NCBI GenBank assembly: GCA_964447905.1 | Contig: CAYUUK010000008.1 | Span: forward strand, 1 to 62,751 | Reading direction: 5' to 3' | DNA from: an uncultured Pseudomonadales bacterium | Lineage (GTDB): Bacteria > Patescibacteriota > Microgenomatia > UBA1400 > UBA1396 | Length of the DNA: 62,751 bases | Shown here: positions 43,359 to 53,616 of the stretch, in pieces | How the letters are laid out: each line of letters opens with the position of its first letter | Numbering within the stretch: the first letter of the stretch is position 1 | Notes under the pieces: model-generated | What the model was told of the DNA's origin: nothing | Databases searched by the model: none | What the model saw: the letters and a program-made list of their open reading frames with translations, nothing else | Position numbers and translations under genes: made by a program

Positions 43359-45923
43359 ATGAAACACTATACTCCCACCGCTATCGAGGAAAAGTACCGT
43401 CAATTGTGGGAACAGGAGCTTGTTTACACGCCCGACATGAGCGCGGCCAAAAAGCCGTATTACAACCTCATGATGTTCCCATATCCTTCCGCGGAAGGTC
43501 TTCATGTGGGCAATATGTACGCCTTTACCGGAGCTGATGTGCACGGACGCTTCCGCCGTCAGCAGGGATTTGACGTGTTTGAGCCAATTGGTCTGGACGG
43601 CTTTGGTATTCACTCTGAAAACTACGCCATTAAAGTGGGTCGCCATCCGGCAGAGCAGGCCAAGGTTTCGGAAGAGAATTTTTATCGCCAGCTCGGCATG
43701 ATTGGCAATGGTTTTGCCTGGGATCACCGTCTGGAAACCTATGACCAAGACTACTACCGCTGGACGCAGTGGCTTTTCGCCGAGATGTTCCGCCATGGTT
43801 TGGCGTACCAGGCAGAGGCCAAGGTTAACTGGTGTCCGCACTGTAAGACGGTGTTGGCTGATGAGCAGGTAGAAGATGGCCAATGTGAGCGCTGTAAGAC
43901 GGAAGTCGTGCGCCGCGAAATGACCTCTTGGTACCTGAAGATTACCGAGTATGCCGACCGCTTGCTCGATAATATCGACAACTACGAGTGGACCGATGCC
44001 CATGCCGAAAAGCACGTGGGTCTCGACTGGCCGAAAAAAGTGACCATCGCCCAGAAGAACTGGATTGGTCGCTCGACTGGTCTGGATATTGATTTTGCGG
44101 TTGCTGAAGAAAGTCCCGCCGCTGGCGAGACCATCACGGTCTGGACCAAATTCTGGGAAACCGTGTTTGGTGTGACCTATCTGGTTTTAGCTCCAGAGCA
44201 CGAACTCGTGGCCAAGATGACCACTCCAGATCAAGAAGCAGCTGTTGCTGAGTACCTGGAAACGGCGCAAAACAAAACCGAGCAAGAACGCAAAGAAAAC
44301 CGCGAGAAGACCGGTGTCTTTACAGGTTCATACGTGGTGAATCCAGTGAACGGGCAAAAAGTCCCAGTCTGGGTAGCGGACTACGTTTTAACCGACGTGG
44401 GTACCGGCGCTGTGATGGGTGTGCCCGCCCACGATGCGCGCGACTTCGAGTTTGCCAAGCAGTATGATTTCGAAATTATTCAGGTTGTGTCCTACGAAGA
44501 CGCGGAAATTAATGCCGCCGTCGCTCGAGGAGAGCAGTCGCACGAAAGTGAAGGCTCACTGGTGAATTCTGGCGATTTTTCTGGGCAAGACGCTTGGGGC
44601 GCCGGCAAGCAGGCCATGAAGGACTGGATGATTGAGCAGGGCTTTGCCCGCATTCGCACGGACTACCACCTCCGAGACTGGCTGATTTCTCGCCAGCGCT
44701 ACTGGGGACCACCGATTCCGATGGTCTTTTCCCAAGAAGCGGCTGATCAGGGCATTGGCGAAGTCGACGGCCTTCCCGGTTGGTTTGCCGCCGAAAACGA
44801 TTCCTTGCCAGTGGTTTTGCCACATATCGACGAGTACAAGCCAGAAGGCGACGGAACCTCACCACTCGACAACGCTCCAGAAGACTGGAAAACGGTGCAG
44901 ATCAACCACCCCAAGTTCCAGGGCGAAGGAATGCGCGAGACCAACGTTTCCGATACTTTCCTGGATTCTGCTTGGTACTTTTTGCGCTATCCAGCTTTGA
45001 ACCGCGCTGATGCCAACGAAACCCCATTTGGACAAGTCAATGAATCACCGTCTTGGTTCCCAATCGATGCCTACATCGGTGGTGCCGAGCACGCTGTCTT
45101 GCACTTGTTGTACGCCCGTTTCATCACCATGGTGCTGTACGACTGGGGTTTGGTGCCGTTTGAAGAGCCGTTCCCGTTCTTATTTGGCCATGGCTTGATT
45201 ATCAAAGACGGTGCCAAGATGAGTAAGTCCCGCGGCAACGTAGTGAATCCTGACGAGTACATCCAGAAATACGGCGCTGACGCCCTGCGCACGTATCTCA
45301 TGTTTTTAGGGCCGTATGATCAAGGTGGTGACTTCCGCGATTCCGGTATGCACGCTATGTACAAGTGGTTAGCGCGTGTGTGGGAGACGGTCCAATCCGT
45401 GTCCAAAGACGCCAAAACCGACGCCGAATTTGCCTCACAGCTCCATCAGACGATCGCCGCCAACACGTCCGAAATGGCTCAATTAAAGTACAACACCTGT
45501 ATCGCTCGGCTTATGGAACTCGTAAATCTGTGGCGCGAAGGCAAAACCATCTCACCAGAGGACGCAGTAGCCTTCTTGCAACTTTTAGCACCTTTTGCAC
45601 CATACCTGACCGAAGCGTTGTACCAAGATATGATCGTAGATTTTGACCTTGCCGCATCTTCCGATAACGGGTTTGCTTCGATTCACACTAGCGCCTGGCC
45701 AAAAGTCGATGAGAGCAAGATCCAAACGCACTCAGTGGTGATTGCCGTACAAGTAAACGGTAAACTGCGTGACACGCTGACCGTGCCAACCGAGTCTGCT
45801 AGTGATAAAGCCTGGTTAGAAGCGCAGGCACGCGCCCTGCCAACAGTAGCGAAGTACCTTGCAGAAGGCACAGAGAAGAAGGTGATTGTTGTCCCCGCGA
45901 AAATTGTAAATTTCGTGATATAG
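43359..45923 (+). CDS. leuS: Leucine--tRNA ligase
   Basis: MMFPYPSAEGLHVGNMY (HIGH-type), a zinc-binding CPHC...CERC, the CP1 editing-domain region and KMSKSRGN. Confidence 0.95.
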   Translation: MKHYTPTAIEEKYRQLWEQELVYTPDMSAAKKPYYNLMMFPYPSAEGLHVGNMYAFTGADVHGRFRRQQGFDVFEPIGLDGFGIHSENYAIKVGRHPAEQAKVSEENFYRQLGMIGNGFAWDHRLETYDQDYYRWTQWLFAEMFRHGLAYQAEAKVNWCPHCKTVLADEQVEDGQCERCKTEVVRREMTSWYLKITEYADRLLDNIDNYEWTDAHAEKHVGLDWPKKVTIAQKNWIGRSTGLDIDFAVAEESPAAGETITVWTKFWETVFGVTYLVLAPEHELVAKMTTPDQEAAVAEYLETAQNKTEQERKENREKTGVFTGSYVVNPVNGQKVPVWVADYVLTDVGTGAVMGVPAHDARDFEFAKQYDFEIIQVVSYEDAEINAAVARGEQSHESEGSLVNSGDFSGQDAWGAGKQAMKDWMIEQGFARIRTDYHLRDWLISRQRYWGPPIPMVFSQEAADQGIGEVDGLPGWFAAENDSLPVVLPHIDEYKPEGDGTSPLDNAPEDWKTVQINHPKFQGEGMRETNVSDTFLDSAWYFLRYPALNRADANETPFGQVNESPSWFPIDAYIGGAEHAVLHLLYARFITMVLYDWGLVPFEEPFPFLFGHGLIIKDGAKMSKSRGNVVNPDEYIQKYGADALRTYLMFLGPYDQGGDFRDSGMHAMYKWLARVWETVQSVSKDAKTDAEFASQLHQTIAANTSEMAQLKYNTCIARLMELVNLWREGKTISPEDAVAFLQLLAPFAPYLTEALYQDMIVDFDLAASSDNGFASIHTSAWPKVDESKIQTHSVVIAVQVNGKLRDTLTVPTESASDKAWLEAQARALPTVAKYLAEGTEKKVIVVPAKIVNFVI

Positions 45924-45992
45924 CAATTCATAATTTGCCAACTGTTTGCGTCTTGTGTAATTCCTGTGCGAATTGCGGTGTTTACTGCAAAC

Positions 45993-46655
45993 ATGAAATC
46001 ACTGTGGCAAAGGGTTACTCGACTACCGTGGACTGCACTATGGCATGGAGCACTGACTTGTGCTGGTCTGCTAACGGTCAGTTTTGGCGGATTGTTTACG
46101 TATAAATCGCATTTTGAACATCCCAAGCTTTCGTATATTCCTACGGATGACGTGTGGCAGCAGCATTTACACCAGCTCGTATCCGCTTCCCAGGCAGAAG
46201 AGAGTCTGGTAGCCAGCCCGAGCGCTGTTCTGGTCGATATCTCTGGTGCTGTGTTGTCACCAGGTGTGTACAGTCTCAGTGAAGGTTCTCGAGTTCAAGA
46301 CGTTGTGTTGCAGGCAAATGGTTTTTTAGAGAGTGCAGACCAGGCATATATTCATAAAGACCTGCAGTTAGCCAAGAAGATACGAGACCAAGAAAAAATT
46401 TACATTCCATTTCAGGGGGAATCTGCGCCAAATGTGGTTGTTTCTCCGGAGGGAGGTGAGCGTGAAGTTTCCTCAGGTACAAAGTCACTCAACCAGGCTA
46501 CTCAAAAAGAACTTGATGCTGTTGCGGGAATAGGAGAGAAGCGAGCAGAAGAAATCTTACAGGACATGCCATATACGAGCTGGTCAGATTTTGAGGCAAA
46601 AGTAAGTATTCCCGCCAATATTCTTGCAGAACTCAAGAATATATATATATTTTGA
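45993..46655 (+). CDS. comEA: Competence protein ComEA (SLBB + helix-hairpin-helix DNA receptor)
   Basis: N-terminal TM helix. SLBB-like VLVDISGAVLSPGVYSLSEGSRVQDVV. C-terminal HhH region LNQATQKELDAVAGIGEKRAEEIL. The start is set at ATG 45993; the ORF is open from the GTG at 45966. Confidence 0.85.
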   Translation: MKSLWQRVTRLPWTALWHGALTCAGLLTVSFGGLFTYKSHFEHPKLSYIPTDDVWQQHLHQLVSASQAEESLVASPSAVLVDISGAVLSPGVYSLSEGSRVQDVVLQANGFLESADQAYIHKDLQLAKKIRDQEKIYIPFQGESAPNVVVSPEGGEREVSSGTKSLNQATQKELDAVAGIGEKRAEEILQDMPYTSWSDFEAKVSIPANILAELKNIYIF

Positions 46656-46941
46656 TATATTAATATTAACGCACAATATAAGTTTAAGTATATTATTAAC
46701 GCAAATTAGTAATAATTTGAAAAGAAATCAAAACGGGCAGGTGAGGGAGCATCGTGATTGTTTCTTGGCTTTGTAGGAATGGTGGGTTGGCGGAGCGTAT
46801 GTGACTCCAAATTTCTTACCAGTCTAAATAGCCTGGAGAGCGAGACCAAGTTCATTGGAAAATGAATAAAAACACGATAATAACCCAAAAACAAAAGAAC
46901 AAAATAAGGTAAGTGATACGTAAGAAAAAAATAAGAAAAGA

Positions 46942-47898
46942 TTGAATCCGAAGTCTATTCGACAAAATGGCAGGAAAGTCGCTTTGGGTTTTTCTCCGTT
47001 TTTTATGAGCACAGATTCTCTTGCATTGGCTGAAGGCTTCCTACTCGGGTTGGATGATGGTTTCACCACTGAGTTCAAAATCCTTGTGAAGGAGACAGGT
47101 GTGCTTCATCTGGTAGCCGCGAGCGGAGCTAACCTGGCTTTCCTCGAGAGCCTGCTCATTCCGTACTTCTTTTTCTTGGGTTTTAAGGGAAAGAAAATTG
47201 TTTTATTTGTTTTTGTATTAGCATATTTTTTCATTGTTGGAGAAAGCGGGTCGCTCTGGCGGGCGCTCGTTATGTGGATTTTAGCCTGGACGGGACAGTG
47301 GTGTGGTCGACGCACATCGCTCGGCATCCTGCTTTTCCAGGCTGTGGTGTTTACAGCGATTTTTGCAACAGAGTTGCTTTCATCAGCGAGCTTTTGGCTT
47401 TCTTGGCTTGCCATGGTGGGAATGTGGTTTTCTTGTCAGGTGAATATTCGTGAAAAATATTATCGCTTTTCTCCGAACTGGAAAAAATATGTTTTTTTGA
47501 ACCAACAGTCGTTTTTTGTTGGTTGGTGTATTTTGTGGTTGGTCTCGCTATGGCTGTGGACTCAGTACGAAGTATTTCAGCCGCAAGGCATCGTAGTCAC
47601 TATGGGTATCGAGCCGTTCATTCCGATCTATATGGTGGTTGCGGTTTTTTGGAAGTGTTTCCATTTTTTGAGCGAGTTGTTGCCCGGGCCCGTTTTTGCA
47701 TTCGCCGAGATGGGTGCGGTGCAGTTTTTAGATTTTTTGTTTTTGCCAATTCACTGGTGGCTGAGATTGTGGCGGAGTGCGATGGCGTCGCGGGGAGTAG
47801 GACCGGCAGTGCAGTCGGCAATTGTCCTATTCGGCACAACGCTGCTTTTCCGAAATCTCACAGAGTTACGAAAGTGGCGACAAAGACGAACTTCATGA
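46942..47898 (+). CDS. comEC: ComEC/Rec2 channel (Competence) domain protein, N-terminal part of a split comEC
   Basis: TGVLHLVAASGANLAFL and surrounding TM helices match the ComEC Competence-domain motif (H-L-x-A-I-S-G-x-H). No DUF4131/OB-fold region precedes it. The ORF stops at 47896-47898. Confidence 0.7.
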   Translation: MNPKSIRQNGRKVALGFSPFFMSTDSLALAEGFLLGLDDGFTTEFKILVKETGVLHLVAASGANLAFLESLLIPYFFFLGFKGKKIVLFVFVLAYFFIVGESGSLWRALVMWILAWTGQWCGRRTSLGILLFQAVVFTAIFATELLSSASFWLSWLAMVGMWFSCQVNIREKYYRFSPNWKKYVFLNQQSFFVGWCILWLVSLWLWTQYEVFQPQGIVVTMGIEPFIPIYMVVAVFWKCFHFLSELLPGPVFAFAEMGAVQFLDFLFLPIHWWLRLWRSAMASRGVGPAVQSAIVLFGTTLLFRNLTELRKWRQRRTS

Positions 47899-47926
47899 AA
47901 TTTGTGAAAGTTGTGAAAAGAGAACT

Positions 47927-48790
47927 GTGAACATAATCACCAGCAACACACCACACCGTATTTTATTGCAACTGTGTTGTTTTATGGCCGTGATTTCAAT
48001 TTTACTTGGTACTTTTGTGATTCTTACAATACCGCCAGAAATAGAAGTCACTGCTTGCGACGTAGGGCAAGGTGACGCGACACTCATTCGTTACGGTCAG
48101 TCATATATTTTGATCGACACGGGTCCAAATTCAGCCGTTCTACGCTGTCTCCAGAGGAACGTATTTTGGTTAGATAGAACTCTCGACGCAGTCGTGCTCA
48201 CGCATCCCGACAAAGATCACATTGGTGGCTGGGAAACAGTGCAGCAGCACTATGCTGTTTCACAGCTATTCACAAATGGTCAATCAGACAACCCAGAGTA
48301 CACATCTGGAAAGAATGTCGCTCATACCGGAGACCTCTTCAAGTTCCCAGGCTTAAATGCCAGCATCGTATGGAGCGCAGATGCGTATGATGTTCTCGCT
48401 AACTCTGGAGAATCAGAGGAAGAGAGAAATCAAAGATCCGTGGGTTGGTATATGTGGAGTAACTGTTTCGGGTTTTTAAGCCTCGGAGACCTAGAGTGTG
48501 CCCAGGAATTAGCAGTCACTGGTAATAGACTGCTAAGTTTCGTGAGTCTTTTAAAAGTGTCGCATCACGGGTCAAAATCGTCTACTTGTGAGAATTTTCT
48601 CCAAAAAATACAAACCGAAGCGGCTCTGCTCTCTGTTGGCAAGAATAATTCCTATAATCATCCAGATAAAAATGTCCTTATTAGCCTGGAGAAGTATGGA
48701 GTTGTTGTCTATCGAACCGACAAGTATGGGGAAATTCATATTTTTCCTCACAGCAAAACATGGTGGACGGTTTTGAGAGAGAGACCTTAA
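47927..48790 (+). CDS. comEC: ComEC C-terminal metallo-beta-lactamase domain protein (separate ORF)
   Basis: One TM helix, then TACDVGQGDATLI...ILIDTGP, VLTHPDKDHIGG and LKVSHHGSKSS (MBL motifs). The ORF is open from 47822 in a different frame from the upstream part. The GTG at 47927 is the first start after the upstream stop. Confidence 0.7.
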   Translation: MNIITSNTPHRILLQLCCFMAVISILLGTFVILTIPPEIEVTACDVGQGDATLIRYGQSYILIDTGPNSAVLRCLQRNVFWLDRTLDAVVLTHPDKDHIGGWETVQQHYAVSQLFTNGQSDNPEYTSGKNVAHTGDLFKFPGLNASIVWSADAYDVLANSGESEEERNQRSVGWYMWSNCFGFLSLGDLECAQELAVTGNRLLSFVSLLKVSHHGSKSSTCENFLQKIQTEAALLSVGKNNSYNHPDKNVLISLEKYGVVVYRTDKYGEIHIFPHSKTWWTVLRERP

Positions 48791-48926
48791 GGCTTGTTAG
48801 TGACGAGAGCTGCCTACATTTATCTTGATGATGCGAATAAAACACGAATAATTTATCTTTGCGTTTCCTACGGGTAGGTGTTTTTTTGGAAACTAAAAAG
48901 AATCTTATAAAAAAACAAAAAAGTCT

Positions 48927-50210
48927 CTATCGACTATCATTTAAAAATAAAAAATACGTTACAAAAAGTATGATGAAAAAACCGCTCAACTGAGTATATA
49001 AATAATGATCCAGGCTAAAAATAGGTGATAGGAGCAGTATTGTCATGAATATTTTAGGGTAATTAAATTGTACAATAATTGAAAAAGCGAAGAGTAAAAA
49101 TATTGTCCAAAATCCATTTTCTAAAGCGAAAATTACCCAAACATTGTGAATGGGCTGTAAGAAGCCTGGTTGCAGCAAGGCTCTTTCTCGAGGAGTGTAG
49201 ACAGCTATGTGTTGATTCCAGCCTGTTCCCCAGGGGTGGGAACAAAGTTCTTGCAAACCAATCGTTGTAAGAATTTGTCGTCGTTCGAGTGATGAAACGT
49301 CAACAAAGTTTCGGGTATAGAGATGAGTAGAGGACAAAAATGGGAGAAGACTCAGGAAAATTCCCATGAGGACAGCGAAAAGGGCGATTTTTTTTGGCGA
49401 TTGTTTGAAAATCCAAGGGAAACCGATACACAAGGCAGCGGCAATCCAGGCAGATACGGACTCGGTCAGGAGCAAAACTGAGAAAAACAAGATGAATCCA
49501 GAGATTCTTGCTATTTGTGAGACGTATTTTTTAGAAAAGTGAAGTACATAGATGCCTAGCACCATCCACCCAGCCAAGATATTTGGGTGCGGGGTTCCTC
49601 CATACGGCAGTACTCGAGATTCTAGCCAGAAATTACTGGTAGTTAACAGATTTTTATATAAAAATACTGGTTCTCCGAAGAGCCAGTACGGGGCAATATT
49701 TATTTGAAACACAAACTGGAGGAGTCCGAGTATCGCTTGTAGTGAAATACCAGAGAGAAGTCCGAGAATGACCAGGCGGGGAGATGGTTTTTTTCTCCAG
49801 AGGTACACACCAAGAAGGACCGGACCGAGCACCAGAGTTGCGAGCCAAATAAAAGCGGGCCAGGGGTGAGCACTCCATATTTGTCGCAAAATCAGCATTC
49901 CGACTCCAATAAGGAGAATCCATTGCTTCCAATGAATCTGAGAAAACCGAAATTGCGGCCTTTGAAGCGGTTTTCCTCTGTTAGCAAGTCTGGAAATACC
50001 GGTAAAGAGCCACAGAGTGGCAATAAGCACTTGAGAAAGATACATCTTTGGGGCCCAGTAGTCGATGAAGCGACTATCAAGATAGGACCATTCCGGCTTG
50101 AAAACAAGGAAGACGTTCAGTGAAAGAGAGGAAAGTGATGCAAATAGTAATACTAGTTGTGCTTTATGTATAAATTGATGTTTATTTATATACTTGTTTA
50201 TACTTATCAT
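48927..50210 (-). CDS. Wzy_C (O-antigen ligase-like) polytopic membrane protein, AT-rich gene
   Basis: ~11 TM segments with HPWGTGWNQ...LQPIHNVWVIFALENGFW, which fits the G-x-G...H-N-x-x-L-x-x-x-x-E-x-G pattern. Confidence 0.7.
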   Translation of the reverse strand: MISINKYINKHQFIHKAQLVLLFASLSSLSLNVFLVFKPEWSYLDSRFIDYWAPKMYLSQVLIATLWLFTGISRLANRGKPLQRPQFRFSQIHWKQWILLIGVGMLILRQIWSAHPWPAFIWLATLVLGPVLLGVYLWRKKPSPRLVILGLLSGISLQAILGLLQFVFQINIAPYWLFGEPVFLYKNLLTTSNFWLESRVLPYGGTPHPNILAGWMVLGIYVLHFSKKYVSQIARISGFILFFSVLLLTESVSAWIAAALCIGFPWIFKQSPKKIALFAVLMGIFLSLLPFLSSTHLYTRNFVDVSSLERRQILTTIGLQELCSHPWGTGWNQHIAVYTPRERALLQPGFLQPIHNVWVIFALENGFWTIFLLFAFSIIVQFNYPKIFMTILLLSPIFSLDHYLYTQLSGFFIILFVTYFLFLNDSR

Positions 50211-50301
50211 TATATTTACTCACTTTGATATGCCTAATCGGGTCCAAAAGGAGGGAACTGAACGTTGTTTCTCGAGCCATCTGGCGGTACAATGCCGAGA
50301 C

Positions 50302-51576
50302 ATGCAGTATTATGTTTCCACCCTTCCCAACAATCTTACCGTACTTCGAGTGGCTATGCCGGGAGTGAAAAGTGTGACCGCTTTGGATCTCGTCAATACG
50401 GGTCGCCGGTATGAAGACGAAAAGTTTGCGGGTATTTCGCACTTTTTGGAACATATGGTCTTTAAAGGTACCGACAAATATCCAACTGCACAGGATGTTG
50501 CGGCTGCTATTGATGGTGTGGGTGGAGAGTTCAATGCCTTCACTGGCAAAGAATATACTGGCTATTACGTAAAATTAGCCTCACGATTTTTGGATACCGC
50601 GCTCGATGTGGTTACCGATATGCTTTGTGTGCCGGCGCTGCGTCAAGATGATATCGATCGAGAGTCTGGTGTGATCGTGGAAGAAATCAATATGTATGAA
50701 GATATGCCCATGCGGCAGATTCATAGCATTTTTGATGAGCAGGTTTTTGCGGGTTCCAATTTGGCTGGTCCAATCTTGGGTCGTAAAGAAGTAGTCACCG
50801 CATTGAAGAGTGATGACTTCAAAAACTATATGAATGAGTGGTATGGCTTCGGCAATGTGGTGTTCATTGTGGCCGGCGATGCCGATGTGGTGAGCGACGA
50901 AGGATTGGTGGAAAAAATTGGTCAGCTGGTAGAAAAGGGTGGAAAAGAGCGAGAATCCTCATCTCAAAAACCTTTCTACACTGCAAAATATTCTGACAAT
51001 CGAAAACAAATTGTCTATAAAAAAACCGAGCAAGCGCACTTTAAAATGGGCTTTCCGGCGTTTGGTCGTACTGATGAGCGCAAGTACGCGATGAGCATTT
51101 TAGAAACCCTCATGGGGACAACCATGAGTTCACGCCTCTTTACCGAGATCCGTGAGAAACGCGGATTGTGTTACTACGTCAAAGCCGACATGGATTACTA
51201 CCAAGATGTTGGTGTCTTCACTGGATACGCCGGCGTAGACCCGAGTAGAGTGAACGAAGCTGTGGAAACCATGAAGAATGAATTAATGGCTCTAGTAAGT
51301 GAAAAACCAGCAACTGAACAAGAAGTTGACTCAGCAAAGCGAAACGTCATTGGACAGTTGGCTTTAGAGTTAGAAGACTCGCAAAGTGTGGCGATTTGGT
51401 ACGGCATGAAACAGCTCTTGCAAGACGGCATTGAAACCGAAGAAGAGTTGGTCAAAAAGATCGAAGCGGTAACCTTGCAAGAAGTGCAAGAATTAGTAGG
51501 CGATATTATTCGTGAGGATGCGCTGCATTTTGCTTTGATTGGGCCGTTCAAAGAGGCCGACATTACAGCACTCTAA
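50302..51576 (+). CDS. M16 family (insulinase/pitrilysin-like) zinc peptidase
   Basis: GISHFLEHMVFKGT (inverted zinc motif HxxEH), followed by the downstream E of the M16 signature and typical M16_C sequence. The start is set at ATG 50302; the ORF is open from 50194. Confidence 0.85.
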   Translation: MQYYVSTLPNNLTVLRVAMPGVKSVTALDLVNTGRRYEDEKFAGISHFLEHMVFKGTDKYPTAQDVAAAIDGVGGEFNAFTGKEYTGYYVKLASRFLDTALDVVTDMLCVPALRQDDIDRESGVIVEEINMYEDMPMRQIHSIFDEQVFAGSNLAGPILGRKEVVTALKSDDFKNYMNEWYGFGNVVFIVAGDADVVSDEGLVEKIGQLVEKGGKERESSSQKPFYTAKYSDNRKQIVYKKTEQAHFKMGFPAFGRTDERKYAMSILETLMGTTMSSRLFTEIREKRGLCYYVKADMDYYQDVGVFTGYAGVDPSRVNEAVETMKNELMALVSEKPATEQEVDSAKRNVIGQLALELEDSQSVAIWYGMKQLLQDGIETEEELVKKIEAVTLQEVQELVGDIIREDALHFALIGPFKEADITAL

Positions 51577-51629
51577 AAAGCACAGTACAATACAGACAGA
51601 AAAGACAGAGAGAAAAAGAAAGGACGTTC

Positions 51630-52094
51630 ATGGAACAGTCAGTAGTCTTAGTCAAACCAGATGGTTTGCAACGTGGTTTGATCGGGGAGATCATCGCTCG
51701 CTTCGAGCGCAAAGGTTTGAAGTTGGTAGCCATTAAAATGGTCAACTTAGATGACGAAGTTTTGGATGAATGGTACGGTCACCACAAAGAAAAGCCGTTT
51801 TTCCCTAAGCTGAAGGGCTTCATGATGCAGACCCCAATTATTGCGATGGTATGGGAAGGTTTGGACTCTATCGACACTATTCGTAAGCTCGTGGGTGTTA
51901 CCAAAGGCCGCGAAGCTGAAGGTGGTTCGGTCCGTGGCGACTTTGCCATGTCTATGTCCAACAACTTGATCCACGCTTCCGATTCCAAAGAATCTGCCAG
52001 CAAAGAAAAAGGATTGTTATTTGCTGACGAAGAAGTGTTTGAGTACGTCAGTGCTCTCGATATGCTGGTCTACAGCGAAGAAGAGCGCGAGTAA
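51630..52094 (+). CDS. ndk: Nucleoside diphosphate kinase
   Basis: EQSVVLVKPDGLQRGLIGEIIARFERKGLKLVAIKM and the active-site NLIHASDS. Confidence 0.95.
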   Translation: MEQSVVLVKPDGLQRGLIGEIIARFERKGLKLVAIKMVNLDDEVLDEWYGHHKEKPFFPKLKGFMMQTPIIAMVWEGLDSIDTIRKLVGVTKGREAEGGSVRGDFAMSMSNNLIHASDSKESASKEKGLLFADEEVFEYVSALDMLVYSEEERE

Positions 52095-52110
52095 GTTTTT
52101 ACACCGCGTA

Positions 52111-52147
52111 AAAAAGAAAGTGAGGGGGAAGACCCCTCACTTTTTTT
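52111..52147. terminator. Bidirectional rho-independent terminator between convergent genes
   Basis: An A-run, then the AGTGAGGGG-GAAGA-CCCCTCACT hairpin, then TTTTTTT. Confidence 0.7.
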
Positions 52148-52160
52148 GCTGTTTTTTCAT

Positions 52161-52538
52161 TTAACGAGTAAGTTTTTTTTCAACTCGGCTGGTAAATTCG
52201 GCCATGGTAACGCCGCGATCCTCAAAGAGTTTTTTCAAGATTGGATTCAAGTAGGTTGCGTTTCTCAGGGATATTGTTGTGGCTGGGATAGCTCCACGGT
52301 TCGAAGGGGTTGTAATTTCAGAAGCAAGTATACATAGGTATAATTCAATAGCTTGATCAAGTAGATCTTCAGTAAATACTTCATCTTCAGAGTATCGCTC
52401 GGCTATTTCCAGAATGAAGGGTTCTACAGCAAGCAAGTTTTGTCCTGATATAAACTCAGGAAGATCTTGAATTTCTTGCGCAAGTTGTCCTGCTGATAAG
52501 CTGGCGAGCTCGGTTGTTGTTTTTTCTGGTGTTGTCAT
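52161..52538 (-). CDS. Hypothetical soluble protein (125 aa)
   Basis: The start is set at the ATG behind AGGAG (MTTPEKTT...), downstream of the EamA stop. No family recognised. Confidence 0.5.
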   Translation of the reverse strand: MTTPEKTTTELASLSAGQLAQEIQDLPEFISGQNLLAVEPFILEIAERYSEDEVFTEDLLDQAIELYLCILASEITTPSNRGAIPATTISLRNATYLNPILKKLFEDRGVTMAEFTSRVEKKLTR

Positions 52539-52566
52539 GTTCGCTCCTAACGTTTTCGCCAGTGTA

Positions 52567-53616
52567 TCATGTTTTTTTCTTTTTCCTCTTTCGGTTTTTC
52601 TGCCGCAACTGTTTCCAGCGCATTTCACCGACAAGTACGCCGATCGCAATGGTGATCACGGCCAAGAGCATCGGCCAGGTGACGCGTTCATCTAACAAGA
52701 GGGTGGCAAGGGGGATGGCCACGAGCGGTTGCAGATAGGTGAACAAACTTGCTTCCGAGGCCTCAATGCCATCTTGCCCCCAGATGTACGCGGTCAGTCC
52801 AATTATGGAGCCAAAGAGGGCCATGTAGAGCGCTGGCCAGAGAACAGTGGCCTGGGAAAGTTCGCTAATGGCTGTATTCAACAAAGTCGGAGCCGACACG
52901 CTCAGCTGCCACATGCTTAAAGCAATAAAGCTTACGATTCCTACATAAAAGCTGACACTGGTCGCGAAAAATTTTGGAATGCCGCGGTAGTATTTTTTCG
53001 CTAAAACGTAGTACGCCGCAATTGCGATATTTTGCAAAAAGACGAGCAGGTTTCCGCTCAACGAAAACGTGGCGTGGGCACTGCGGCCAGTAAGTAGTGG
53101 TTCGAGCGCGAGTAAGACCGTGCCAGCGAGGGCAATGGCCAATCCAATCCATTCGTGGCGCTCTTCTTTTTCGCGCAGGTAGAGAATGCCGCCCAGCGTG
53201 GTAAAGAGTGGCGTGGTGGCGGCAATCAGGCTGGCTTCTAGCGAAGAGGTACGGGCGAGTCCAGAGTAGAGTAAACCGAGAGCAACGGTTGTTCCCAAAA
53301 GTTCCAAGACCACGATGACTGGTATTTTCTTAATGAGGGCGCGTTGTTTCCAGAGGTAAAATCCTAAAATCGGCAACGAAAACAGGGCCGCAAAAGCAAA
53401 GCGGTACAGTAAAAATTGGAAAGGAGTGGTGGTGGTAAACGCCGGTTTCGAAATAGGTAGGGCCGCGCCCCAGACCATCGTGTTGAGGAGGAGGAGGGCG
53501 ATTGATGGCCAGCGGGTGTGAGAAGTTTGCTTTTTCACTCTGGAATCATTGTACGGGGTTGGATATGATTTGTCAGAGAGGAAGCGAAATGCCAAAAGAT
53601 ACAGGAGATGTTTCAA
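52567..53616 (-). CDS. EamA/DMT-family transporter
   Basis: Ten hydrophobic segments in two halves, with typical N-terminal LLLLNTMVWGAALPISK and EamA-like repeats. The exact start is uncertain, because the ORF start overlaps the divergent gene. Confidence 0.75.
   Translation of the reverse strand: MKHLLYLLAFRFLSDKSYPTPYNDSRVKKQTSHTRWPSIALLLLNTMVWGAALPISKPAFTTTTPFQFLLYRFAFAALFSLPILGFYLWKQRALIKKIPVIVVLELLGTTVALGLLYSGLARTSSLEASLIAATTPLFTTLGGILYLREKEERHEWIGLAIALAGTVLLALEPLLTGRSAHATFSLSGNLLVFLQNIAIAAYYVLAKKYYRGIPKFFATSVSFYVGIVSFIALSMWQLSVSAPTLLNTAISELSQATVLWPALYMALFGSIIGLTAYIWGQDGIEASEASLFTYLQPLVAIPLATLLLDERVTWPMLLAVITIAIGVLVGEMRWKQLRQKNRKRKKKKT

Noticed and set aside
43284-44015. The N-terminal 244 codons of the 477-aa minus-strand ORF 42582..44015.
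   Set aside because: This part is antisense to the confidently identified leuS gene and has no membrane or protein-like features. The hydrophobic protein clearly begins at the internal ATG at 43283.
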